From a virus (lineage: Duplodnaviria; Caudoviricetes), in the IMG/VR virus record IMGVR_UViG_3300025018_000003, positions 1 to 64,000 of that record: a stretch of DNA of 64,000 bases; one strand, given 5' to 3'. Below the pieces are notes generated by a model. That model was not told the DNA's origin. It saw only the letters and a program-made list of their open reading frames with translations, and searched no databases. Of the stretch, positions 37,912-47,584 are shown piece by piece (position 1 is the stretch's first letter; every line of letters starts with the position of its first letter). Made by a program: the position numbers and the translations under genes.

Positions 37912-38613
37912 CTACCATTCGATAGGGCTGATACCGGCCTCCTCCAGGAAGGCGTTGGCCTTGGAGAAGGGCTTGCTTCCGAAGAAGCCGCGATGGGCCG
38001 ACAACGGGCTTGGATGAGGGGACCGAATGGCCAGATGAGTGTGCCAGTCAGTCTCCAAGCTGTCGACCATGTTCTCGGCATGCTTGCCCCAAAGGATGAA
38101 CACAGTGGGTCGAATTCCGTCTATCACGTCCTGCAGTACCGCAGAGGTGAACTGCTCCCACCCAATGTTGGCGTGTGAAGCCGCCTGCCCTGACCTGACG
38201 GTGAGAGCAGTGTTCAGCAACAGCACGCCCTGCTCTGCCCATCTGGACAGATCCGGGTTCGGATACGGCTCACGGAAACCAAGATCATCCTCAAGCTCCC
38301 TGAAGATATTCTTGAGGGAAGGAGGTAGCTTGGAGGAGTCCGTGTTCGCAGGTACAGAGAAGGCGAGGCCGGTGGCCAAGCCCGGAGTGTGATAGGGATC
38401 CTGGCCGACGATGACGACCTTAACCGACTCTCGGGACGTCAGGATCAGACTCCTGAAGACTTGGTCCGGAGACGGAAAGATCTGCCTGGTCGACCTCTCC
38501 TTCCGGAGTATCGACGACAGCTTCGTCAGGTACGGCTTCTCCCACTCGCTCCACAGACACTGACTCCAGCTGGGGCCCACCAGCTGTGTCGCCAGCTCCT
38601 TGGCTCTGCTCAT
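37912..38613 (-). CDS. ung: Family 1 uracil-DNA glycosylase
   Basis: VKVVIVGQDPYH, ATGLAFSV, LPPSLKNIFREL, WAEQGVLLLNTALTV, FILWG and HPSPLSAHRGFFGSKPFSKAN. Confidence 0.97.
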   Translation of the reverse strand: MSRAKELATQLVGPSWSQCLWSEWEKPYLTKLSSILRKERSTRQIFPSPDQVFRSLILTSRESVKVVIVGQDPYHTPGLATGLAFSVPANTDSSKLPPSLKNIFRELEDDLGFREPYPNPDLSRWAEQGVLLLNTALTVRSGQAASHANIGWEQFTSAVLQDVIDGIRPTVFILWGKHAENMVDSLETDWHTHLAIRSPHPSPLSAHRGFFGSKPFSKANAFLEEAGISPIEW

Positions 38614-39025
38614 TGGATGCCTCCTCGGCTTCTCGTTCACGGATGTCGGCGATGATCTTCTTCATCCGCTTCAGGGCCGTCTTCCGGAGAAGACGTCCGC
38701 CGAAGAAGGACTGGCGGCCTTCGAGATACTCCTCGATGGCATCGATCAGGTTGTCCCGATCATTCATCATCTCGGTGCCGAGCTTGACAGCCTCGTTGAA
38801 CTGCTGCTGAATCTGCTGCGTCTGACGCATCGAGTTCCAGAGGCCGTACTGAAGGCTGATTGCGGTGAACCGCACGGCGTCCAGGCGATCCTTGAACATC
38901 GCAGATCCCGCGGCCATGGCCTGCGCGAGCTGGTTGCTCTTGTCCTCCTGGAGAGACGCCCAATCCCGCTTGAGATCGGACGGGGAGAGACGCTTCTGCG
39001 TCTTGGCAGTGGTGGACTCACTCAT
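38420..39025 (-). CDS. Hypothetical helical protein with an acidic tail overlapping ung
   Basis: Coupled to the exonuclease stop; the last ~64 codons run in another frame over the 5' part of ung. Confidence 0.65.
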   Translation of the reverse strand: MSESTTAKTQKRLSPSDLKRDWASLQEDKSNQLAQAMAAGSAMFKDRLDAVRFTAISLQYGLWNSMRQTQQIQQQFNEAVKLGTEMMNDRDNLIDAIEEYLEGRQSFFGGRLLRKTALKRMKKIIADIREREAEEASNEQSQGAGDTAGGPQLESVSVERVGEAVPDEAVVDTPEGEVDQADLSVSGPSLQESDPDVPRVG

Positions 39026-40079
39026 TGTCTTCGTCCTCGTAGATTTCGTCGGGGACATAGGTTTCGTCCCCGAAGTTGTCGTAGGCTTCCCGGGTCATCG
39101 CCCACTTGTTGTGGAGCGTGTGCCACTGGATCTCGGTGAGATACGCATTGACAGTGTGCTCCAGCACTTCGATGGCAAAGTCCGGGATGAGAATGGAACG
39201 AGCTTCGAAGAGACCATTCGTCTGTACCACCATCAGGCGGTACTCGATGGTCCACTCCGCAGTCTCGTCGATGCCGTGCGCGGCCTCCAGGAGAGCACGC
39301 ACCGCCTTGGTGTACATCACCGCCTGCTTGTCGTAGCCGTAGATGGGGATGTACCGGTAGAAGGCTGGCCAGGGCTTGGCCGTCGTCTTGACGTCGTAGA
39401 TCTTGACCAACTTCTCCTCGGGAAGGATGATCATCCTGTCGATCATGCCCTTGCAGGCAACCTCGCGGGTACCTTCCTCCGACCAGGGATAAGGAACGGT
39501 CTCGGTCCAGCGGATCTTGATCTGGTTGAAGACGGTGACTCCGTTGGGAGCCTCCTCGAAATCCACCCCACGGGGATGGTTCTCGATGGCCTGCCGCATC
39601 AGCACCAGCTCGTCCTTGTCCTTCTGGAACAGAACCACGCGACCTTTTACGGTACGCATGAAAGAGATGTACTGCTTCAGGTCGGAGAAGAGGGCGTCTG
39701 CAGCCTTCTCCACCGCCTCATCCTTCTTGCCGTCGAGCTTGTACCCGCAGAGGCGGTAGGCTTCCACATGGTTCATCTCCGGGTTGGCCGTCAGGATCTC
39801 GCAGAACGTCTGCTGCTGCGTGGAGCTGGAGCTGGGAGTGGCTTCGAACTCCGGCTGCACGACGTAGAGGTCGTCGAACTGATCCGGCGTGAGAAAGAAG
39901 ACGTCGAAGGCGGAGCCTGTCCGGAAGCCAGACGACGTGATGCCGTCGCCTCCTTCGAACTTTGCCTTGTAGTACTTCAGCGGGGACTGGATGAACAGCC
40001 CGATGTCTGAAGTGGAGACAGCAGGGTCGAGACGGTAAGCCTCTTCCGTGGTATCGAGAATCTGAGCTTGCGTGTTCAT
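39018..40079 (-). CDS. PD-(D/E)XK exonuclease (RecE/ExoVIII, DUF3799-like)
   Basis: VSTSDI...FRTGSAFD...CKGMIDRM...IYDVKTT...YGYDKQAVMY. Confidence 0.85.
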   Translation of the reverse strand: MNTQAQILDTTEEAYRLDPAVSTSDIGLFIQSPLKYYKAKFEGGDGITSSGFRTGSAFDVFFLTPDQFDDLYVVQPEFEATPSSSSTQQQTFCEILTANPEMNHVEAYRLCGYKLDGKKDEAVEKAADALFSDLKQYISFMRTVKGRVVLFQKDKDELVLMRQAIENHPRGVDFEEAPNGVTVFNQIKIRWTETVPYPWSEEGTREVACKGMIDRMIILPEEKLVKIYDVKTTAKPWPAFYRYIPIYGYDKQAVMYTKAVRALLEAAHGIDETAEWTIEYRLMVVQTNGLFEARSILIPDFAIEVLEHTVNAYLTEIQWHTLHNKWAMTREAYDNFGDETYVPDEIYEDEDNE

Positions 40080-40696
40080 GATATTGGGTTGAAGTGGCCC
40101 TTCCACAAGTCGTGATCCCGAAGGACAGGGCGGTCATCCTGATAGAACCTGAAGACGAACTTGCGATCATCGAAGTCGTCAACAGGCACTAGAATAGGTG
40201 CCGCAGGACTGGTGACGAATTGGACGGAATCATCAGGAATGATCCCTTCCGCGGTCATCGTGTCCTCGAAGTACTTGTAGTAGAACCAGAAATTGGACAT
40301 GTCGAAGTTCGCCGGGTCCACCGTAGTCCAGAACTCCCACTTCACGCGGAGAGGGAAGACCTGGAACGGCTTCATCTGGCGAACAAAAGGGCGGTAGAAG
40401 TCCTTGAGGGCTGTCGAGATACGGTTCCGGATGTGAGGTGTTGAGTACCCGGAAGTGATCTTGTTGCCTGACAGGACTTCGAACTTGGGTGTACCAGCGG
40501 CACGAGGGTTCTTCAGCACCCGATTACCTTCAGGATCCAGTAGGAATCCCTTGGCATCGAAGCTGAAGCCCGGCTTCTGATACTTCTTGGGCAGATCTTC
40601 CCCTTGTCGAAGGTACTTGGCCCGGCGTGCTTTCGAAATCTGCACGCGAGTGATGTACCTGGGGATGACCAGCTCTGTGATCAGAACTGATTCCAT
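40076..40696 (-). CDS. Conserved crAss-like protein, possible RusA-like Holliday junction resolvase
   Basis: FDMSNFWFYYKYFEDTMTAEGIIPDDSVQFV resembles the RusA D-x-D-N...D...G.i.DD motif. Confidence 0.55.
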   Translation of the reverse strand: MESVLITELVIPRYITRVQISKARRAKYLRQGEDLPKKYQKPGFSFDAKGFLLDPEGNRVLKNPRAAGTPKFEVLSGNKITSGYSTPHIRNRISTALKDFYRPFVRQMKPFQVFPLRVKWEFWTTVDPANFDMSNFWFYYKYFEDTMTAEGIIPDDSVQFVTSPAAPILVPVDDFDDRKFVFRFYQDDRPVLRDHDLWKGHFNPIS

Positions 40697-41739
40697 GACC
40701 AGGAGGTGTCGGGTTTGAGACCCAGCTCAGAGGCAGCTCGTGCCAGAAGAGCTTCCGTTGCAGAGAACGAGTTGTCCCGGATGTAGTCCGAGATGTCCTT
40801 GGCTCCGTAGTCCACACTGCCAAACCTCCCATTCGTGAGGAAGAGAGGAGGGATTCCGTACACTCGCTTGAGCTTCTGGGCTCCGTTGATCCCGGCGTAG
40901 TCGAAGTCGTAGAGGCTGACGATCTTGTTGAATCGTCCCCTCAACTCATCGATGATCTCCGGGTAGGGAAATGTGGTCTCAGATTGCATGGAGATGGCTG
41001 GGACTCCGAAGAGATCCAGCACCATGACGTCCTTCAGGGACTTCGTGATGACGAGCGCCTCCCCCGACTTGGGGAGCTGAACCCACCCCGCAATGCGGTT
41101 GGTGTTTCCCAGAAATCTGGGCCGGTTTGGGTCTCCATGTCGGCGGTAGAAGTAGATCTTCCAGCGCTGGGACTTCATCTCGTCGGTCCCGAAGTAGTAA
41201 CCAAGGGCAGGGTCGTTCGCCTGCCGGATGTAGTAAGTCTGACCGCCGACCCAGACATACTTCAGAGAGAAAACCCTGAATTTGTCAGTCTGGGCGGATG
41301 TCAGGCCGTAGGACTGAAGGAAGTCGATGTCCTGCGCAGTGAATTCCTGCACCTTGACCGCGATCTCTTTCTTCCTGCTCTTCTGACTCTCTGGTTGATC
41401 CAGGAGGAACGTGGGCTCCAGTGATGGTTCCACTTCCCAGAGGTCAAGCTCATCTGCTATGTGCCGAAGCGCATCACGGTATGAGAGACGATGCTTGTGT
41501 TGCACGAATCCGAAGACGTCCAAGGCCTCAGGCATGCTCCAGTCCCTGTAGTACAGGCGGCCACCGAAGTAGGCCATGGAGCAGGTGGGGTTCTTGTCGT
41601 TTCTCAGCGGACTCCTGAACCTGGTGGCTAGATTCAGAGGCCTGCCCATGTAGTGCTGGAAGATCTCTTCCTGCGACACTCTGGACAGGATCCACTCTCG
41701 TGTCAACTCCACAAGGTCTCCCTTCGTCAGGTTCAGCAT
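40681..41739 (-). CDS. dnaG: DnaG-like primase (crAss type)
   Basis: FRSPLRNDKNPTC degenerate Zn-finger, LVITKSLKDVMVL, TOPRIM YDFDYAG, and KDISDY. Confidence 0.88.
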   Translation of the reverse strand: MLNLTKGDLVELTREWILSRVSQEEIFQHYMGRPLNLATRFRSPLRNDKNPTCSMAYFGGRLYYRDWSMPEALDVFGFVQHKHRLSYRDALRHIADELDLWEVEPSLEPTFLLDQPESQKSRKKEIAVKVQEFTAQDIDFLQSYGLTSAQTDKFRVFSLKYVWVGGQTYYIRQANDPALGYYFGTDEMKSQRWKIYFYRRHGDPNRPRFLGNTNRIAGWVQLPKSGEALVITKSLKDVMVLDLFGVPAISMQSETTFPYPEIIDELRGRFNKIVSLYDFDYAGINGAQKLKRVYGIPPLFLTNGRFGSVDYGAKDISDYIRDNSFSATEALLARAASELGLKPDTSWSWNQF

Positions 41740-41807
41740 GTTGGGTCTGTGGATAAGAAGAGGGGGCCCGGCAGCCCGAGCCCCCTCCTGGTTCAGCGAT
41801 GGGTTGC

Positions 41808-42422
41808 TTAGAACGTGTTGGCTTCCGCGGTGGGAGAGCCTTCCACTTCCGAAGCCTCCGTTGCCGGAGTCTCCAACGCGGCCTTGTAGGCGGCGTTGTC
41901 AGCGATCTCCCGACGGCTCCACTGCAGCGGCGAGCCCGAGGACTCGTCTGCGATGAATCCGAGGTAGCCCGGGAAGTCCAGGCGAGCCTTGCCGTTGTAG
42001 ACAGATCCGAGGATCTTGCCGGTCACGGTCTTGGTCTTCCAGGACGCCTCCGTGCGCTCCAGGGCCTTCTTGACGTTGGTCGCCAGACCCTGGAAGGACG
42101 TCGCGGCGTTGACGGCGGCCAGCGCCATCTCTTCTCCGCAGAAGTACTTCAGGATGTAGGCGACACGCGTGCGCATCTTGTCAACGCGCTCGTCGTCATT
42201 CGAGTCCTGGGGCTCGAAGATCACATGCTCGTGCTGAAGACCCTTGGCGTCGTCACCCAGCAGCTCGAACGTGAACTGGATGACAGGGTACTTGACCTCG
42301 CGGCCAACCTCGGACGGGCCCCCCGAGAGGAGCTTCATGGGCCCAAGGTAGGGCTGGGTCGTGCGAGCAGCAAAATCGCTGCCCTTGAGGGCTTCACCGC
42401 CCAGTTGAGTTCCGTATCCCAT
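41808..42422 (-). CDS. Putative ssDNA-binding protein (DUF669/OB-like)
   Basis: Position between primase and ATPase, predicted beta/alpha core and acidic tail ending in F (...EANTF). Confidence 0.5.
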   Translation of the reverse strand: MGYGTQLGGEALKGSDFAARTTQPYLGPMKLLSGGPSEVGREVKYPVIQFTFELLGDDAKGLQHEHVIFEPQDSNDDERVDKMRTRVAYILKYFCGEEMALAAVNAATSFQGLATNVKKALERTEASWKTKTVTGKILGSVYNGKARLDFPGYLGFIADESSGSPLQWSRREIADNAAYKAALETPATEASEVEGSPTAEANTF

Positions 42423-42467
42423 TGGATTGATGTACGGTTTGAGTTGAAGGTCTCTGTGAGACCGGGG

Positions 42468-43214
42468 TCAGAACGAGGTGAAGGGATTTTTCACCGGAGC
42501 CGGGGCTTCGGGTGCTGACTCCGGGATGTTCTCCAGGTCGAAGTCGTCACCAGACGTTGCCTCCGTCTCTTCCGTGAAGCCATCGTCTTCTGAGCCGAAG
42601 TCGTAGTTGTCCTGCTCGGCCTCGGTTTCCCCGCTGCCTACCAGTTCCGGCTCCAGCTCGTCGATAGGGACGATGTCGTTCACTTCCTCGGTGACTTCCG
42701 CTTCTTCCGCTTCCGCGGCTACGGCAGCCACCATCTCCGCCGTCTCCTCGTCATCCTCTTCGACGATGGTTTCCACCGTAGTGGTCACCGTCGTCTCCAT
42801 GGTCTGATCGAGAGAGTCGACTTCCACCGAACCATCTTCCCAGGGAGTGATGGCGAGGAACTCGTTCCCCTGCTCATTCTCTCCAAGGTTCGACAGCCGG
42901 AAATCGTTGATGCCCTCGAACTTGCCGTCGAGAAGCGTGCGGAGGCTGTCCGAGGTGAACGACAAGCCCTTGGTCGTCGTGTTGCTACGACGGCGCATGA
43001 GCTGGGCTTCTCCTTCGGGGACGAGCATCAGCACGACATACCCTTCGGGGCTGAGCATCAAGTTGAACCCCTGGTTGTTGAGGTCCAGACGGGCGAACAC
43101 CACGTCGGTGACCCGCCACTTCCCGTTGCTGGGAGTGTACTGCAGGTCGTACGTGAGCTTGTTGCGCCGCTTGTGGGCTGACACGGGTGCCAGCTTCGTC
43201 AGATCGATCTTCAT
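42468..43214 (-). CDS. Hypothetical protein with very acidic disordered C-terminal half
   Basis: About 120 aa of folded-looking N-terminus, then an E/D-rich tail ending NPFTSF. Confidence 0.7.
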   Translation of the reverse strand: MKIDLTKLAPVSAHKRRNKLTYDLQYTPSNGKWRVTDVVFARLDLNNQGFNLMLSPEGYVVLMLVPEGEAQLMRRRSNTTTKGLSFTSDSLRTLLDGKFEGINDFRLSNLGENEQGNEFLAITPWEDGSVEVDSLDQTMETTVTTTVETIVEEDDEETAEMVAAVAAEAEEAEVTEEVNDIVPIDELEPELVGSGETEAEQDNYDFGSEDDGFTEETEATSGDDFDLENIPESAPEAPAPVKNPFTSF

Positions 43215-43238
43215 GTCTCTCTGTGTTGAAGTGATGGA

Positions 43239-43994
43239 TCAGTCTTCGGGAACGAAGATCCGATCCCAGTGAGTGATGACCGACCCATCGGTCTGCAGCT
43301 CGGAGATCACGATCTCCTGATCCCGCAGGTGAAGGGGCCGGGCACCGGCGATCACAGCCTCGTCCTTGCGCTTGAAGCTCATGATGCCGCGGTTGACGCC
43401 GTCCTCACCGGTCTCACGGTAGAGACGGGCGATGGCGTCAGCATGGCCGGACATGATGCTTCGCAGCTTGCCGGTGAGGTCGATCTCCACGAAGGAGACT
43501 TCCTTGCCATCCTTCTCCAGGAGCTTCTCACGAAGGTGACCGGAGAGGATGAGGGCTTTCGTCGGGAAGTCCTTGAACCCAAAGACCACGTCTTCGAAAG
43601 CCTGACGGAGCCAGAGGTATCCGGCACCGTTGGGCAGGTGGAGAACATTGTCCCCCGCGAAGGTGCTGCCCTGCGGCGTGGACTTGTACTTGGCCAGAGC
43701 CAGCGGGAGGACGATGTCCTCAAGCCGGGTGATCGGGTCCAAGGCCACATAGTCGTACCGCGGAGCATCAGGAGCGGACAGAGCCTTCTTGATGTCCCGG
43801 AGTTTGACCAGGGAGCTACCATCGACCGACATCGCATTCACGAAGTCGGTGCCCCCTTCGAGGTCGATGATCAGGCAGTTCTTGAGTCCTGCCAGGATCG
43901 TCGTCTTGCCAGCCTTGGGGGTCGAGTAGAACATCAGAATCCGGGGATTCTTCGTCTTCGGTTGGCTGGGCTTGGTTGGGAGTACGAGAGTCAT
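43239..43994 (-). CDS. AAA ATPase (Sak4/AAA_24-like recombination protein)
   Basis: FYSTPKAGKTT, LIIDLEGG, VALDPITRLED and ILSGH. Confidence 0.85.
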   Translation of the reverse strand: MTLVLPTKPSQPKTKNPRILMFYSTPKAGKTTILAGLKNCLIIDLEGGTDFVNAMSVDGSSLVKLRDIKKALSAPDAPRYDYVALDPITRLEDIVLPLALAKYKSTPQGSTFAGDNVLHLPNGAGYLWLRQAFEDVVFGFKDFPTKALILSGHLREKLLEKDGKEVSFVEIDLTGKLRSIMSGHADAIARLYRETGEDGVNRGIMSFKRKDEAVIAGARPLHLRDQEIVISELQTDGSVITHWDRIFVPED

Positions 43995-45193
43995 CGTTGG
44001 AGATTGGCTAGTTCGTTGTATTCACGGTCGCCTATCTGATTCGGCTGCACCAGTTCATCGAACTGGCCAACCTCACCGACAAAGCGGAGTCCGACCTGGA
44101 AGTCGTCCATGCCGTAGGAATTCTTCAGGACATGCAGGGAGCGGAATCGGTTGACCCCTTCCTTGCTGACGAGCTTGTGGGCCTGGTAGCCTGCATGCTC
44201 GCGCTTCCCGTACTTCATCGGGTTGAACAGCGCCATGGCGAAGTCAGAGTCTTCGTACATGTTGCTGGCACCCTTGAAGTCACGCTCCTCGGGCTCGATG
44301 AATCCTCGTCGGGAGGTCTCCTGCAGTCCACGGTTGAACTGGTTGATGACCACCGGCGAGAACCCATAGAGGTCTCGGACGATTGACAGATACTCCGACA
44401 TCTTCTTGAGCGTCATGCGCTCATCGAAGCCCCTCTCAGTCGAGATGCGGCCTATGTGGTCGATGACCACCAGCGTTATCTGCTTGGGATCGTGAGGCTT
44501 GTAGGCCTTCACGTACTGGCTCAGCTGCGTCACCACACCATCCTGGTTGGCGACGGCCTTCAGCTGGTTCCAGATTCCTGTCGGGTTCTCTGATCCAGGG
44601 ATGATCTGGACGACGTCAAGCATCTGCTCGAAGTAGTCCAGAGCCTCTGACACCTTGCTGAAGACGTCATCGCTGATCTTGGATTTCTGCTGACCGAAGC
44701 CGAGCAGGGTAGTGACATCCATCAGGATGCCGTACTTGATCCACAGGTACAGACAGGCCCACTTGCCGATCAGGATCGGGGTAGGTCTCTCCATGTTTCT
44801 CACGATGATCTTCAGCTTGATGTCGGTCTCTTGCTTCTCGATGGCGTTCTTCCTGTACCAGGCGTAGGGAGACAGGATGAACATCTGGTGTCCAAGCGCA
44901 GTCTTGCCTGTGCCTGAGGCACCACCGAGCAGGTAGTAGCGCTTCTGCGCGATCTGGACGTGCTTGCCGAGCCTTGGCAAGGCCAGCGGGATCCAGACGG
45001 CTTCACCCTTTCTACCGTGGTCGATGAGAGTCTTCAGGGCCTCCAGATGTGCAACTCCTACGGCTCCACCGGTGGCCCTTCCAGACGTTTGCGGAAGTGG
45101 AGTCTCCTTAGGAGGGGAGAACTCCAGATCCTCAGTGCTGATAGGCTCCGGGTCTTCCCACGGAGGTCTGTCATCTTCTGCCTGAGTACTCAT
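43991..45193 (-). CDS. dnaB: DnaB-like replicative helicase
   Basis: GGASGTGKT, VVIDHIG, VINQFNRG, DFKGASNMYEDSD and VLKNSYG. Confidence 0.9.
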   Translation of the reverse strand: MSTQAEDDRPPWEDPEPISTEDLEFSPPKETPLPQTSGRATGGAVGVAHLEALKTLIDHGRKGEAVWIPLALPRLGKHVQIAQKRYYLLGGASGTGKTALGHQMFILSPYAWYRKNAIEKQETDIKLKIIVRNMERPTPILIGKWACLYLWIKYGILMDVTTLLGFGQQKSKISDDVFSKVSEALDYFEQMLDVVQIIPGSENPTGIWNQLKAVANQDGVVTQLSQYVKAYKPHDPKQITLVVIDHIGRISTERGFDERMTLKKMSEYLSIVRDLYGFSPVVINQFNRGLQETSRRGFIEPEERDFKGASNMYEDSDFAMALFNPMKYGKREHAGYQAHKLVSKEGVNRFRSLHVLKNSYGMDDFQVGLRFVGEVGQFDELVQPNQIGDREYNELANLQR

Positions 45194-45194
45194 G

Positions 45195-45815
45195 TCAGAT
45201 GAGTCTGTGCTCAGTGACGTCGGGTGATCCCTGATTCTTCAGCTGCATGTGCTGATCGAACATCATGGATCCGACGTACTTAGCGATGTTCATGTTGATG
45301 AGCCCGCGCTTCTTCGCCCAGTCAAGGATCTCCATGACCTGCTTGTGCTTGGCGATAGTGCGGACCCGCTTCTTGTAGAGGACTTCCACCTCCTCCATCA
45401 CCGTCGCCTTGAGAGGTATCATCGGGCCACGAGGGCCGTCGAAGTTCTCAACGAAAGACGGATATGATTCCCAGAACTGCTCAAAGCGGTCACCAGACAC
45501 GAACACCTTATCGATGAACTCGTCGGTGACCTGATAGTGGTCTGGATAGGCTTGCCTCTTGCCGTCTGCACCGGTCTTGTTACGGTCCACCATCCAGCCC
45601 TTCTTGACGAGATCGTCGATCTCATCGAAGGACCAGGTGGTCACCTTCTCCGCGTACCTGTACAGGTTGGCAATCGCAGGCCCGTCTGACACCAGCTTTC
45701 CTCCACTCTCCTCTCTATCGGTGTAGAGAAGCCAGAGCAGCATCAGCTGGTTGAGTGAGATGTCACACTCGATGAGCAGTGACACCAGATGTCGAGCACT
45801 CAATCCATTCAACAT
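45195..45815 (-). CDS. Hypothetical protein, possible HTH replication initiator/helicase loader
   Basis: IDDLVKKGWMV winged-helix-like segment and FEQFWESYP, typical of phage O-like initiators; lies upstream of dnaB. Confidence 0.55.
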   Translation of the reverse strand: MLNGLSARHLVSLLIECDISLNQLMLLWLLYTDREESGGKLVSDGPAIANLYRYAEKVTTWSFDEIDDLVKKGWMVDRNKTGADGKRQAYPDHYQVTDEFIDKVFVSGDRFEQFWESYPSFVENFDGPRGPMIPLKATVMEEVEVLYKKRVRTIAKHKQVMEILDWAKKRGLINMNIAKYVGSMMFDQHMQLKNQGSPDVTEHRLI

Positions 45816-45850
45816 ACGGGCACCCCGTTTGAGTGATAGATGAGCGCCAG

Positions 45851-47092
45851 CTAGACGATGTCGTGGATGTCTTCGATCCAGCGGACAGTGCCCCGGGGGA
45901 GCTTCTTCTGTCTGGATCGCAACCACTTCTCGTCCTGAGTCCCCTTGGCGTAGACCTCGACGATGACCGTTCTCTTGCCCTCCACTGCTCGCAGGGACCT
46001 TCCATATCGCTGGATGGCCTGCAGAGGAGTGGCGGACGCAGAGACGACCACGACCATGTCCACGTCTGGGATGTCTGCTCCCTGGTCCATCGCCTTCGCC
46101 GTGCAGAGTACACTGCAGGTATTGAGATGGTGCTTGGAGGCAAAGCGGTCGATGGCAGCTTGCTTAACCGCGGTCGCGGTTATCTTTTTGCCGTTGACCT
46201 TCTTGCCCTTCATCTGGGAGTGGTAGACTTCAGCACGAGATCCCAGAGCCTTGGCCAGACGTTCTGCAGACTCGATGGTCTGACTGAACGTGATGACCAT
46301 CCTCTCCGGGAAGAGGTTGATGACGTCGATGGCAGCGTCATGCTTGGAGGGTAGATTGTACAGGAAGTCCTTGCGTTGCCGCATGTTGGACATCCACTGA
46401 TACGCTGATGCCTGCAGCCGCTTCTCGTCCCACTGCAGCTGAGCCGCGTAGGCCCGCAGAGCAGTAGGATTCGTCACGCACTTCATTGCGAGATCGAAGT
46501 TGTGACCGAAGGCAGCAAAGTACCGGTTGAAGTCCTTGGCGAGCTTCTCGTAGGTCTCTGCTTCATCACCCTCCAGAGTGAGTCCCAGGTTGTACACCTG
46601 GAAGGGCGCAATCCATCCGTTGTCCAGAGCTTCCTTCATGGTGACCTGATCGATCACCGGACATCTCTGGTGGATGAGTTCCGTCCTTGAATCGTTCTCA
46701 CGCAGGGTTGCAGTGAGACCGAACACATAGCCATAGCTGACGCGGTCGAAGATCTGGCCAAAGACCTCCGCCGTGTACTGGTGGATCTCATCCAGCACCA
46801 GCAGATCCACAAAGTGAGTCTGCTTGACGGCGCTGTTGATGACCCAGACTTCGACGTTGTCAAGATCGAAGTCAGCCAGTCTCTCCAGCCATTGTTCCTG
46901 GAGATAGAGAGTGGGCACGACCACCATGACCGACAGCTCCGGGTAGATGCTTCGAACATGCTTGATGCCGAGCATCGCCATGATCGTCTTCCCGAAACCC
47001 GTGGCACATTCAGCTGTGCCAACCATCCCGGCCTCAAGCCATTTGCGGATGATCCGGTCCTGTCTGGCCTTGCGTACCGGGTCTAGTTGCAT
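45851..47092 (-). CDS. SF2 (UvsW/Rad25-like) DEAH helicase
   Basis: CATGFGKT, LVLDEIH, FGLTATL, MDQGADIPDV and QRYGRSLR. Confidence 0.93.
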   Translation of the reverse strand: MQLDPVRKARQDRIIRKWLEAGMVGTAECATGFGKTIMAMLGIKHVRSIYPELSVMVVVPTLYLQEQWLERLADFDLDNVEVWVINSAVKQTHFVDLLVLDEIHQYTAEVFGQIFDRVSYGYVFGLTATLRENDSRTELIHQRCPVIDQVTMKEALDNGWIAPFQVYNLGLTLEGDEAETYEKLAKDFNRYFAAFGHNFDLAMKCVTNPTALRAYAAQLQWDEKRLQASAYQWMSNMRQRKDFLYNLPSKHDAAIDVINLFPERMVITFSQTIESAERLAKALGSRAEVYHSQMKGKKVNGKKITATAVKQAAIDRFASKHHLNTCSVLCTAKAMDQGADIPDVDMVVVVSASATPLQAIQRYGRSLRAVEGKRTVIVEVYAKGTQDEKWLRSRQKKLPRGTVRWIEDIHDIV

Positions 47093-47143
47093 GGGACAGT
47101 GGTGCCTTGAGTGGACAGGTGTCCACTGGTGTGTACAGGTGTT

Positions 47144-47584
47144 TCAGCGTTCCCCGAGAGTGAACAAATCACCCCCTGAAATCATCAAAAACAGAAGGGT
47201 TTTGACCCTTTCGTAGGGGTTGGGGAAGAGCTTGGCAAAGCGTTCTATCTGTTGCCAGAATCGTTCCGCTTCTCCCTCCCCACAGTAGAGTTTGAAGAAC
47301 CGGTCCATCAGATGGGCACGGTGAGGATCGGCGTAGAACGCCGCCTCCATCTTCATCAGCTCGACGTCGTCGAAGAGATGCTCTACGATGAACCTCCGGT
47401 TGTGCTGAAACTCGATGTATGAGGCGTCGGCCAGGAGCAGCAGGTGGTAGAGGAAGTCGACAAGGTCGACGGTCTTGAACACCGGCTGGAACTGATGCTC
47501 CAGTCGATCATCATGACCGTCGAACCTGCCGAGCTTCTCATATCCCTGCAGCGCCAGCTCAGCCCCCTTGGGTTTGTCCTTCAT
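47144..47584 (-). CDS. Hypothetical protein, 146 aa
   Basis: Coupled to the polB stop; normal codon bias. Confidence 0.65.
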   Translation of the reverse strand: MKDKPKGAELALQGYEKLGRFDGHDDRLEHQFQPVFKTVDLVDFLYHLLLLADASYIEFQHNRRFIVEHLFDDVELMKMEAAFYADPHRAHLMDRFFKLYCGEGEAERFWQQIERFAKLFPNPYERVKTLLFLMISGGDLFTLGER

